Assembly (NCBI GenBank): GCA_023920165.1
Contig: CP089274.1
Span: forward strand, 372,001 to 436,000
From: Curvularia clavata
Lineage: Eukaryota
Length of the DNA stretch: 64,000 nucleotides
Direction: 5' to 3'
The notes beneath the pieces are model-generated. The model was not told the origin of the DNA. It saw only the letters and a list, made by a program, of their open reading frames with translations, and ran no database searches. This document shows positions 23,777-36,518 of this stretch, piece after piece (positions within the stretch are counted from its first letter, which is position 1; each line of letters starts with the position of its first letter). The translations under genes were made by a program, and so were the position numbers.

Positions 23777-24286
23777 GATCAAGATGAAAAGGAAAAGAAA
23801 AGCAATAACCAATCAAACAAAACAACACAATAACAGGAAAATCGCACAGCAAAAATGACGAGAATGAATTCAGGCGTTCTACACGTCGACACAGTAGGTA
23901 CTTAACACCACCTCTGCAGAGCATAAGCGCCCCCAAACCTCGAAGCGCCTGCTGCGGCGCGGTAGTGGATATCATCCAATCATTTAGCGACAACGTTCCC
24001 GATGGGGCCTAGAGCCACATTCTCGGGACGCAACGATTAACGTTATCTGCCCGACATCCAATACGAAGCAGCGACGCTGCGGCAAGTGGGCAGGATGCGG
24101 GTGCGGGTGGCTTTACTTGCGACGGGTACGATGATCCTACCTTGTCTGTAGTCTTGGCTTTACAACTCACAGCCTCGCGATGTCCAAAAATAATGTACAC
24201 AGAATGAAAAGATGTATTTCGCGTGAACGTAATTGAAGAATTAATACACATCCTCATGTTCACCAAATGGTATGAAATCTGATATT

Positions 24287-25507
24287 TTAGCGGAAGGCCC
24301 CGACTTCGCGTCTCCTGTAATATTGTTAGCTATTTTGACGACAAGCGTCCTAAGCGTCCTTACCACCACGTCTTGAAGTCCACCGTCGATACATCAATGC
24401 CCAGGTCCCGCAGTGCGCTGGTATCTAGATGACAGTCGTAAGGCCGGACGGTACCGTCCTTTGGCTCCTCTTCAGGCTTGAAAGGCACCATGTTGTCGAG
24501 TGGCAATCCCATGATGTCTGCAAACATCTGGCAGATCTGCCATTTCGTCATACAGTCTTCTGAGCTGAATTGGAGGACACTAGGGAGTTCACGATCCCTA
24601 AGAAGACATTTAGCAATAGTTCCGTGATCTTCGCGAATGCAAGCTCTTACGCGTTGGCTGGATCCAGATAGAGTTTCGCTATGTCGCGACATACTCTGCC
24701 AACATCTTTGGTGTTTGTGGGATATCGGAGTGCATAATCGTCGACCTGGATTTTAGCTTCGCCTTCGCCAATCTGTTGAGCATTCCATAACTGCGACATG
24801 AGTACGTTGACTGCGCTCTCCTTTGGTTCATCACAAGTTCCATAGAGAACAGGGACTCGAAGAACGACGATCTTGTTCTTTACGTTCGCTTTTTTGGCAA
24901 CGTCGAGAACAGCGAGTTCGCCTTCTAGTTTGGTTTGACCGTAACTAAGGCCGGCCGTCAGTCTCATCTTGAGAGAACCATTGGCAAAGCCTCTCGTGGA
25001 GCAAGCTTGCAAGGTGGGTCGCTTCTAAGAGCTACAACATAAACCGACTTACACATTCGGTGGACTTGGGGCTGCGTCTGCCTTGTAAGGAGCCTCGCCT
25101 GGGCGACCCGAAAAGACATAGTCCGTCGATATGTAAATGAGGAAGATGCCTCGAGCTAAGGTCGCTTCGGCCAATGCCCTACTTGACTCAACATTAAGTT
25201 CTCTTGCCGCTTCTGGATTTTCCGTGCATGAGTCTGGAAAGCGATTTGCAGCACAGTGAACTACGACGCTGGGTTTGATGTCATCGAGCGCTTTTTCAAT
25301 TTCTCCGCGGTCTCGAATGTCGAGTTTGATGATATCGGGCGCAGTCACACGATTCAGACCGGTGCCGACAGATTTCCAGCCATCCAAGAGGAATTCTCGC
25401 TGCACTTGACGTCCAAGCAGACCGCTGGCTTTATAGCAGGGTCAGCCAGCCGTATGGGGCGCGTCAAGGTTGGCTTTACCTCCGGTGATCAATGCTGATT
25501 GTGACAT
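24287..25507 (-). CDS. RmlD-like / methionine adenosyltransferase II beta-like NAD(P)-dependent epimerase-reductase
   Basis: MSQSALITG|ASGLLGRQV Rossmann motif, VVHCAA, YISTDYVF, YGQTKLEGE (YxxxK), LRVPVLYG, RPYDCHLD. Confidence 0.88.
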
Positions 25508-25739
25508 GACTGAAACACTCTAGCAAATTGCTGTCTCTGAGTCAGGTAAATATCGTTTCTAGTGAAAGAGGTGCGCAAATCGGTGCTGATGGTGTGCAGT
25601 GGAAGCAGCCTTACGAGGACAGGATGGGGCGTAATCACGTGTTAGCGAGACGTCAGAACCCCTGCAAGCTCACCGCGATGGCTCGATTGTCGCGAAGCAG
25701 CTGCGACACGCAACATTCGCAACGACAGCCACAGCCACA

Positions 25740-26728
<989 letters not shown>

Positions 26729-27446
26729 ATTTCACGCTTTTTCCCTCAAATTTTCCCTTTACGTCATGTTCATCCATATCTGGTGTTGGGCGTTATGAAA
26801 GCGTGCATGGCGATTTACCGAAGCTTCTACCACAGCCAGACTTTGGCGGATGGGTCTTGCAGGCGGGCACTTTACTTCCCAAAATCATGCAGGAGCATGT
26901 CCCACTTTGGATCGAGCTGCATGACTAATGCAGACTTAGCTGAACGAGAAATATGAATGATAATTACAATTGATCTTGGAAATCACAAGTGACGCGCTGT
27001 TACAATGGTCTGGGTTTCTAGGGCCGTTTATTTTCCACGGAACTGGGAAGACCCTCTATGCCATATGGATCCCGACCTATCTCGTCTCTTCTCAACCTCA
27101 TCCTGTAAAGAATTTCTTGGTTGTACCACGTTCTTCTCTCATGCCAGCGAATAACATCCAACGTGCTTAGTTACCATGCATATTGGGGTTGATAGTTAGA
27201 AACAGCAGGGCACAGGTAGGTGCAGCAACGCAGGAAGAAAATCGTAAGGTAAGACGAGCTCTTTCTCAACCATGCGACTCCTCAAGCATATTTAAGGCTG
27301 CTACTCTCCTTCTCTTCTTCCTCATCGACTCATCTCCCAAAGCCTACGGCCACGAAGACAGTTCGATCATCTGTATGATACCCCTTCTCCATCCCTTGTT
27401 CCCTTACTAATTCATTCCATACCTCAAACCTCGCACCACCACCAAG

Positions 27447-27737
27447 ATGCGTCTCCTCAACATCATCCTCGCTTCCTCCATCTTCTTCACCACCGCCCTC
27501 TGCACGGACAAGAAGCTTTTGCTCAAGAAGGCTCTGAAGCGCTGTCTCGAGGACTGCACTACAGCCTCCAAGACCCTCGACCTTGAGCGAGCCGATGTCC
27601 AATGCACACAGTGCATCTACAGGCTGAGGAACCATCCATGCCATCCCTGTGCCGTGGCGAGGATGGCCGGTGTGTCTGTCGACGAGGAGCGCGCTGTCTG
27701 CCAAAAGTGCTACGATTATTCTGGGATTTTCGAGTGA
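27447..27737 (+). CDS. Small secreted cysteine-rich protein (effector-like, 96 aa)
   Basis: Hydrophobic signal peptide, basic pro-region ending in KR, then CxxxC and three CxxC. Good start context (accaagATG) and an upstream TATTTAA near 27289. Confidence 0.75.
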   Translation: MRLLNIILASSIFFTTALCTDKKLLLKKALKRCLEDCTTASKTLDLERADVQCTQCIYRLRNHPCHPCAVARMAGVSVDEERAVCQKCYDYSGIFE

Positions 27738-28697
27738 GTAATGTGAGGGTCAAGCGCGCTAGGGGCCGGATTGCTAAGGTCATTACTAGGGAAAACTTGG
27801 GGTAAGTGGCACAAGCGTGAAGTGGAGAGCGTGCCATTGCTAAGATAATGATTAGAGAAATTATCTATCTTTACCAGCACCAGTACCGGCATGGTAACTA
27901 GCGCGGTGGATGTTGTTGTCTTCGGAACGGCGCGTTGTACTTAGGAAAGTACTACTTAATAGTTTTGGTGCGAGAGCTCTACTATCTATAATAATGGGTC
28001 GCTGCTGTTGTGGTAATTATAAAAGTCCTGCTGTGAAAAGAAGATTACGTGAGAATGAAGTGACTTTAGGATTGAATCATTTAGTGACCTTATTGAAACC
28101 CTGTTCGTCGCATGCTCAACCCCTTCTTGATATCAGAGACTGACACAACATATAGAAAGAAAAGAAAAGAAACATCACCGGTATATCATGACTTCACTGT
28201 GTGATCTTAGAGATTGATTTAGCATACTCACATATCTCCAAACTTCGTAACTTTACAATGACAAACTGCTTGGAACAACTACGCAGTGCCACGGTAACTA
28301 CTGTGCTACTTCGTGGTGCATCTCTAGCTTTGAGCTAAACAGAGCTGACATAGATCAAACCAATCATCTGCTCTATCCCTACGAGCTTCGCGAATGTTTG
28401 TGCACGTGAGAATGAGGGGTACTGCATAGCTGCATAGCTCATCAACATGAATACGACTCTGTATTTGTCACAGTGACTTATTCTCGCTACACGGTCTGGA
28501 GACCTGGAAAAGACGTTGAATTTGTCTCCGTAGCCTACTTTCGCTACATCCAGCAAGATGTTCCAGTCATAAAGTGAACAATGGAGAATGTGATTTCATT
28601 TTCATTACTGTATATAAACCGCTAAAATGATATGATTAAGAGTAGTGGCCGAGGGAAGTCCCCAGCTGAACGGCCCAGGTGCAGAAGCAGCATGTGC

Positions 28698-29417
28698 TCA
28701 GCTGCAGTACTGAGAGCCCATTTCTTCACCAAGCCTGACATTGTCGCCATCCACAATGATCTTCTTGACCACAACACCGACAACATCCCACTTGCTGTTG
28801 GTCTCGATAGGCAGACCCGAGTCTCTCCGCTTGCCCGACGCGTCCTCGCCGCCTACCTCACGCACAACCTCCCAGTTGTTGTTGCCGACATCGACGAGCC
28901 TGGCACGCCTGTAGCTCGCATTGGCGACCTGACGATGGGCGACTACGAAGCCGGCCTCGTCTTGCTCCTTGATCCATTTCCTAGTTTCTTCGTCCTGCCA
29001 GATCTTCTTCAGAGCTGCCTCGGCGTCTTTGAGCATCCTCACGCTTTGTTCTTCTGCCTCGATGGTACCAGCCTCAGTACCCTTGTCAAGCGGCTTCTGG
29101 ACAAGGTGGGTGCCGCCGAAGCTTTCGACAAAGTGGCCGTTCTCAGCATTGAAGAAGATCACGTCTTTGTACCTGGAGGGGTCAGTATGCTTAGAGTGAG
29201 GAAGCTATGCGAATAACGCATACCATCGTGTGCCAACATCATCATAGTCGCGGTCTTCAAGTGCTTTGGGAGTGTGCTTTGATTTCTTAGAGACGAGCTG
29301 ACCACATGAAACCGTGTTGGCAGGGAGGGGCTGGGGCAGAATAGCTAGATCGGGGATTATTGAGGGAGACAAAGGGCCCTCGAGGTAGCTGGGACGGCGA
29401 GAGTACTTTGCTGCCAT
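28698..29417 (-). CDS. Hypothetical 222-aa protein with a gasdermin-like motif pattern
   Basis: Two exons (29417-29224, 29172-28698) joined by a GTATGC...CTGAC...CAG intron. Motif order: P.NTVSCGQLV / SVRMLKDAEAALKKI...TRKWI / GFVVAHRQVANA / DVVGVVVKKI. Confidence 0.7.
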
Positions 29418-30034
29418 GATGAGGAGCTGTAGGGAGCTGTAGGTGAAGCTGCAGAAGTGATTGGAGAGTGTTTTGAGTGTGAATTGAGTGGTTGGAAAGG
29501 AATTTAGAGGTTCAGAGCAGTAAACACAGGTAGATATACCAGGATGCGGAGGTGCTCTCGTGAGGGGTCAGCAAGCTTTATGTGATCTCATAGTACCACT
29601 ACCCGTTTGGTAGGAACCCCGCTCGCCATGGCGTGTCCGATCGTCTCAGGTCACGCTCATTCTGCAATGCCTAACTTTGGCAACAATGAGACCATCGCGG
29701 CCGTGATGCGACGCGTACCTGCGTCCGGACAAGTGGTGTGACTGATCAGGTGGTTGTGATGAGGTTGAGATATGGCGTGTTGTTGTACCTGGACGCTCGC
29801 TTCGAAGTGGACCCGGAAGGATGCTCCCGGTATCATCCGATCTACCCGCTACCTGTCTGATGTCACCTTTGAGCTCACGTGCAACATCAATATAACGGTC
29901 GCTATGCTGAAATAAAGCGCTCATATGCTTCATTTACTTGACGCACAAATACTTGTATTTTACAATCGCTATTTAAAGCTTCTGCTGTCCCCTAAAGTCA
30001 TCAGCCCACGTCTTGGGAGCTGCGCACCACAGAC

Positions 30035-30754
30035 TTACGGCTTCATCGCCATAGCCTTGACGAATAACTCCATTACCGGCGGTCCCTGGGCACTTAGACC
30101 CTTCTCAATATCCAGGTCCGGATCGGCCTTGGCCATGGCGCGCCTGTATGCCTCACGCTCGCCAATTCGCTTCAACCATGCCAGGATGCCTGAATAGTCG
30201 CTGAGATCGATCGGTTCAAACGTCCGCATCGTCGTAAAGCACCATGCTGTCATGGTGTCTGCAGCAGTAAACTCGTCGCCAGCAAGCCAGGTGTTGTTCA
30301 GCAGACGGTTGTTGATGTGTTGAAGTGCAGTGGCCACTCGCGCATCGTTTCCTTTGTACCTGAGATCCTCCTCACCAACCATTCCCCGAACTATAGCTCT
30401 CCTGAACAACGTAGGCTGCAACGTGCCATTCGCGAAATGGAACCAGTACAAGTAGTCCGCAAAGTTCTTGTGTTGCGGTCCAAGAGCTAGCCGTCCATTA
30501 CCGTACTTCTGGATAATGTAATCGGCAATGGCACCAGACTCGGCAATCTTGATGGGGTTGGAAGGGTCTGTGAGATCTTCAAGGACTGGAGAAGCACCGA
30601 GAGGGTACACAGCTTGGAGCTCAGGTGGTGAAAGTAGGGGTGAGCGCTTGTAGAGCTTCAACTCATAAGGAATCTCCAACTCTTCGAGAAGCCATGGAAT
30701 GCGCTCGCCTTGGCCGATCTGAAGGTGGTGGACGATGAGTTTTGGGGAGGACAT
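30035..30754 (-). CDS. Glutathione S-transferase (Gtt1-like)
   Basis: VHHLQIGQGERIPWLLEEL, PLGASPV, IAESGAIADY, WLAGDEFTAAD. Confidence 0.93.
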   Translation of the reverse strand: MSSPKLIVHHLQIGQGERIPWLLEELEIPYELKLYKRSPLLSPPELQAVYPLGASPVLEDLTDPSNPIKIAESGAIADYIIQKYGNGRLALGPQHKNFADYLYWFHFANGTLQPTLFRRAIVRGMVGEEDLRYKGNDARVATALQHINNRLLNNTWLAGDEFTAADTMTAWCFTTMRTFEPIDLSDYSGILAWLKRIGEREAYRRAMAKADPDLDIEKGLSAQGPPVMELFVKAMAMKP

Positions 30755-31519
30755 CTTGAGATTTGGTTTCGAGAAGAGATTTTGCGTTGCAGAGAGGGGC
30801 ACAAGCGTCCGAAGATTCAAGTCTTCATATATCCTCGGGTCTCGGTGATCGACGTAGCCGGTGGGTAGTCTCTAATGTGGGCTCCGCTGGCTTTGATTCG
30901 GCGAATTGGCGCTCAAGAGCGATGAGTTGGATGACTCTCTGTGACTCTCATCTCGAGCTGCCTGGTAGTTTTCGTCCCTTATATCTTGGTGTTTTAGGCA
31001 GCCAAATTCTATGTCGTCAGGGCTGGCTCTCTATCTGACAAGTAGGGTTGCTGCTGACAAGTACAATGCCGCGGGGCTCGGCCGAACGACAGTATCGTGA
31101 ATGCTGATTGGCTAGATTAAATCCCATGTAAGCTGCGACTTTGTCGAAATGCGTTTTGCGGAGATATCGGTTGCGTACAGCTCATACCGGAATGATGACG
31201 ATCGCCATTATCTCTGCTTCTTTACTTATTACGTGGGTTCAGCGTGAGGTAATAACTTATTGCATTTCCATCTTGACAACCACAAATCAGTATGCGGGTC
31301 AGAAGATGAAAAACGAGAGTGACTCAAGGATACTCGAACACGTCTTGTTTATCTATAGTTTTGCCTCAGTCATCGAGGGTAGATTTTGATATGCTGGAGA
31401 GTGCTAAGTGTGCTAGTGCCATCATCCTAACATCTCAAACCGAGGTACAACCATGATGACCGAATGAATGTTCGAAAAGGATAGAACCCCCACCTATCTG
31501 GAACTGTTGCTTCCCTAAA

Positions 31520-32716
31520 CTATCGTACTAAGTATTCAGAGCTAGGCTTTGTCCTTTGACCAACCTGAAGACTTGTTGGGCCACTATATCGTCGTCGATT
31601 GACAGGATTAAACCACCATCCATATTCCCCCACTACCTTCTGAATCTTGTCGATAAATTTCTGACACTCTTCGCAGATTTCTTGGCTGACATAGATGGTT
31701 ACCAGAAAAGGGCATTTAGAGTTAGCTTCGTACACCTTCGGGTTTTTGAGATCAGCTGTGCCGAACCCCCGGTCCTGTAGGAATCGTGTAATACAGAAAG
31801 CTATCAGTTGCAGCTCTGCGTGCTGTGCCCACCCCCACTTTAGCTCCAATCCCACCAGTCTAAAGAGTGATATGACTTCCTTCGTCCAATACTCTTTATC
31901 AATAAAGCTATCAAGGTTTTCCTGCTTCTTTCCGCATTTGGCTGCGTAGAACTGTCCAGACATCTCCACGACGGCAATAGCGCCATCATCATGGCCGCGA
32001 CATAATCTCCCAGTCGTCTTCTCTTCCCATCTTTTATAGGAGAACTTGGGATTCTTCGAGGAGATAATTCGGAACTCGGCTTCTACGGTGAGTTCAGTCG
32101 AGTAATCGTCATTGTATACCTTTTCGAAGCGAATGTCGTCGAAACCAATGTTTTCAGTACCGATAAGAAATTCCAGCTTCTGTTTCCATTGTTTTTCAAC
32201 ATCTTCTAGTTCTTGCCGGCAAGCCGCCAGTTCAGCATCTTTATCCTCCAACTTTCCTAATATAAGGCGGTTCTCTGAAAGCGCCTTTTCCAATTTAACT
32301 TTGTAGCCTTTGGCTTCTTTTTCCAGCCCCTCGTTTCGCTGCTCAAGCCTCACTAGTTCGGACTTTAACGTGTCGATTTCTGATGGTTTGTTCCCCGAAT
32401 TTTCGATGTCGTTTCCCGAATGCGAATCTTTACGCGCACGTATAGAATTGTTGATAGCCGTGTCTTCATTGGTCGCATTTGAAGATTGGGTTCGTTTTAC
32501 TACACTGTTGATCAGCTGGTGTACTAAGCTACGGATCAATTGCTCCGTACTGATATGTGGGACACGTCGTGTGACTATTCTTGTCGGTGACCCCGTGGGA
32601 TTGCTACTCGGTGGCTTATTGGTACTTTTGTCTTCAGAGCGCGTCTCTTTGGTGGCTTGCGCCAAATTCAGCCTAGCAAAGGCAGCACTTAGAGCTTCAT
32701 CGTTTTCCCCTGCCAT
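31520..32716 (-). CDS. Coiled-coil protein with C-terminal zinc-dependent deaminase-like domain
   Basis: Intronless ORF from MAGEND; heptad-rich middle (LKSELVRLEQRNEGLEKE...); AQHAELQLIAF...IYVSQEICEECQKFI gives HAE + CxxC. Confidence 0.75.
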   Translation of the reverse strand: MAGENDEALSAAFARLNLAQATKETRSEDKSTNKPPSSNPTGSPTRIVTRRVPHISTEQLIRSLVHQLINSVVKRTQSSNATNEDTAINNSIRARKDSHSGNDIENSGNKPSEIDTLKSELVRLEQRNEGLEKEAKGYKVKLEKALSENRLILGKLEDKDAELAACRQELEDVEKQWKQKLEFLIGTENIGFDDIRFEKVYNDDYSTELTVEAEFRIISSKNPKFSYKRWEEKTTGRLCRGHDDGAIAVVEMSGQFYAAKCGKKQENLDSFIDKEYWTKEVISLFRLVGLELKWGWAQHAELQLIAFCITRFLQDRGFGTADLKNPKVYEANSKCPFLVTIYVSQEICEECQKFIDKIQKVVGEYGWWFNPVNRRRYSGPTSLQVGQRTKPSSEYLVR

Positions 32717-33287
32717 TTTGATGTGCTTTACAGAAGGACGCCTAGAAAGTGGGTGGCTATGGTATTTGAGTCTTCGAAGGGGAAGAAAGCCAAGGTATTG
32801 CAAAGCGGCGTGGACAGTTTTGCCTCAGCCTTGCGTCCTTCCCTCGCCAAGATGCATGCCTCCCATCCAATCACTTTTCTTACACACCCACCAAGTCGTT
32901 CATGCCACTGAAACCGTGCCTTGAATTGCTAAGCTGACCTTGTACAGCATGCCCTCCGGTGAGATACGTGTCACTGCATCACTGATCCATGCATGTAAGA
33001 CTAGCTAGAGGCCATGCACACCGAGATGTAGGAATTTGACATGCCAGCGTATCGCGTAAGCTTCTCTAAGGCTGCCGCCGGAATAGGGACCCAAGGCTGA
33101 AATTGATGCCTCTTGGTATATATGGGGGGCGGTCATCGAAGTGTCGCGACGCCATATTTATCTATGACTGTCTAGTTCCATTCCTTGTTCCGAGAAAGAC
33201 GATGGCATCCTAGGTTGCTAACAGCATCTCCACAGACTCTCTCCTTATGTAGAAAGATATAGGACTTTTAGCCTTCTTCTCGCCATT

Positions 33288-36200
33288 CTACGTCTCATCC
33301 GTCTCCTCGTCGGGTGTGTACCATCCTTCGCTATCAGCATCTTCGCTCTCATCTGGCCAACTTCCCCAACTTTCAGCATCTGAATCATTTTCCTGATCTT
33401 GCTCTTCCAAATTCATACCCATACTAACCAATCGAGCTTGGTAACTAGCCCTATCGACCTGTCGGTCCTCGTGCATCTTCCGCATTCGAGGTCTCCACAC
33501 CTTGTTCATGAAAGTGAGGAAAGACTTGCCGTATCGGACCCATTCTTCTTCCAGTTCTGCGACAACGCATTCGAGCAGATCAATGTCATCGCGCTCGAGA
33601 ATATGTATCTCTTCTGCCTCTTCAGGTGAAGGCCGTATGGATTCTTTCGAAGAACGATGGTGAAGTGGATAACAACAAGTATGTGTGAGCGACAACTCTT
33701 CGAATGTCATGACACGAAGTATATCTGCGGCCATCCAGTTGGTGCTGCTGTCATTCTCAACAAGCATAAATACGTATCCGAACGCCTTTTTCAAGATTTG
33801 TTTGAAGGTCTTTCGATGTTCGTCAACTTTCGGAAACCACGCATACGGTTTTGCAACCGCACACCCAACTACGCTACAACCAGATTGTGAGCAGTGACAG
33901 TAACAGCTATCCCTCACACTTGATGATAAAAGCACCCGGGTATCCTTCCACCATTGATCATTCGAAAGTGTGAGCGCGAATGAACTTCGAGCAAGCACGT
34001 GAGCCGGTGTCGTGAATTGAGTTGGATGCATCCAGAAAGGGTCAGCGCCATGCCTCAAGAGCCAAATGAGTAAGTTGAAATGGGTGTCGAAGTAGGAATC
34101 CAACCATGTGAGTCTGCTCGCATGGGTCCAAAGAGGCGTACCATACGTGTACCACGGACGTCGTTCACTTGCGATAACAGGGTTGATGAGATTCAGTTCA
34201 CGGTGGCCTGCCCGCCAAGCACTCTCAGCCGATATGCACGTCAAGGGCCCAGCATGATAGAGAGACAAGGCCGTTGGAACGATGTCGTGGTGTCCCGAGC
34301 CCGAAGGAATGGTTTCGTGAGATCGATCAATACGGCTCGCGATGATTTCGCAGATCTGAAGCCACAGCGAGGTCCTTTTTTCATCGAGATCTTCTTCTCG
34401 CACATCATGCAAACGATCTGTCACAGTCATCCACGTTGCCCACGTTGCAGGGACACCCCGTGACAACAAAATCGCAATGGACGCTGGACTCGAAAAGCCA
34501 ACAGCATAATCCAGCGCAATTTCCAAAATCTCCAGGGACACATAATCGCTCAGGTGATCAAACAGGATGCTTAAGCTTTCAGGCCATGACAACAGCAAGA
34601 CAATGGTTTCAATGTCGTGGAAAGCTACCCAAGTATCGTGACTGTGTGATTTCATAAGTGCAACAAAATCGAGTTCTGACCTTCGCAATATGGCTTCGCG
34701 TAGGGGACAATCCTCGTACAAGCCTAAGGAAATGGTGAGATGTGATGTTACGATAGGCTTGAATGGCGAATACTATCAACTTACCCTCAGAACATGATTC
34801 TAGTCTTAGCAGATCTGAAATACGACGAAAAAACACATGCTCTATTCTGCCTAGGGCTATATCCGTTTTGCTACTGCCTTCGAACATTTTAGCTTGAACG
34901 ACTGACCAGCTTTTCACCTTCTGTGTAAGATGGAATAGGGTTTGAATGTGGCCCTCTCTAGACTCCTCATCGAAGAAAGTGATGGATTCCGCTCGCAATT
35001 GCCAATGGACCACAGGATAACTACGCTAGTCAGCCATGTTGACTGAAATAGATCGAGGTACTTACTGTCCATCGGCATCTGGCTCATCAAAAGGTACACC
35101 TTCATGAAAACACGTGTCAAGTAATTCAGAAGTAGCACTCTTAACAGCATCTGTATAGGGCAAATTCTGAATGAGGCATAAAACAGCCTAGAATACTGTC
35201 AGTCTGCGTAAACGGGAACATGAAAAACATACGTATAGAATCCCGTTTCCATCTTCGTCAAGGTCCGTAGGAGAAGCAGTCTTGCCAAATAGTTGTCGAA
35301 GTTGGAATCCTGTACTTGAGAGTATAGCTGAGACCTTTTCGGAATTAAATTTGTCATCCCAAATCTCCAGACGTTTACGATCGAGAAAAGCAAAAACGGG
35401 CGAATTGCTTGCAACAACAGCGCGATATCTCATCACTGGCGCTGGTGAGTTCCAGCCACCTCTTCTGGATTGCTGCCAGCCGATCTGCACACAGAATCTC
35501 AGCAGACTGTTGTACATGGAAAATTGAATAGCAACAGATCTTGTGTAGTCACCATGTGTAGACCGAGGGCAATCTTTGCTGTGATCATATGCTTCATCTG
35601 TTACGATCCCGTACCATCCTCTGGAATCTAATTCGTGTTTTCTTCTCCGGCGACAACGGCACGGATAAGATTGTCGGGCTCTAATGCTGCGCTGCCGAGG
35701 TGCTGATTGATTTGCAAGTTCCAGGTCTTCTCTATGTGTGGAAGCAATGTTCATTCCGGATGGTGCATGAATCAATTCACAAGACGATGAGTTGCTGTCG
35801 CTCTATTCCAGTATTAGTACTTGCTTTAAAGATCAAGTATCAACCCTACCAATGAATATGAATCGTTCCTAGACGCACTACCCTCTGAGAGCTGCGCACG
35901 TAGGCTTATTATCTCATTGTATATTGTCGAAAGGGTGGGGTTTTGTGAAGCAACATCTCGTCGAATCATCTCCAGCACCTCTGTACCTTGGTTTAGAGTC
36001 TGCTCTATTTTGTCCACTTGTTGCTGTTGCATTCCAAGCTCCGAACGCAGATCTTCCAGCCTGTGGAGTGCGCCGTCAATACCGGCGCACTGTAGAGCCA
36101 GAGATAGATTACTTTGAAACCTCGCAAGCGATGACTGCACTTCTTTGAGGTCTTCTTTCTTGTACGACCATAGTGCCCTTTCCTTTATAACACGAGCTTT

Positions 36201-36518
36201 AGCCTGGATACCCTCTGATGGTGAGGTGGGGATTCGCTTCTCTGCCATCTTCTGGAGTTCGTGCAGTGTTTCTTCGCATTCTTTCAGCGCCATGTTCAAT
36301 TGTGAAGACGGCACATGGTTATCGATTTCCAATCGCTCTTTGACCTCGTACAAGCCTTCGAGGATACCTTGCAGACCTTTGATCTGCCTTTGGACGAGCT
36401 CAACATCGCGAGGGAAGCTCTTGAAGTCTGAACAGTATTTGTAAAGAATCTGGCAAGTCTGTATTCCAAGTGAGATGATGCCGACTGCTGTGCCAGCGAC
36501 TGAGAACGGGTCTCCCAT
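33288..36518 (-). CDS. Multi-exon protein with HeLo-like/fungal STAND-type N-terminal helical domain and Cys-rich C-terminal region
   Basis: N-terminus MGDPFSVAGTAVGIISLGIQ...ALW. C-terminal exon has LLRHGAD, DSCYCHCSQSGCS, LRVMTFEELSLTHTCC and an acidic tail. Internal exon boundaries at ~34.7-35.2 kb are uncertain. Confidence 0.72.
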
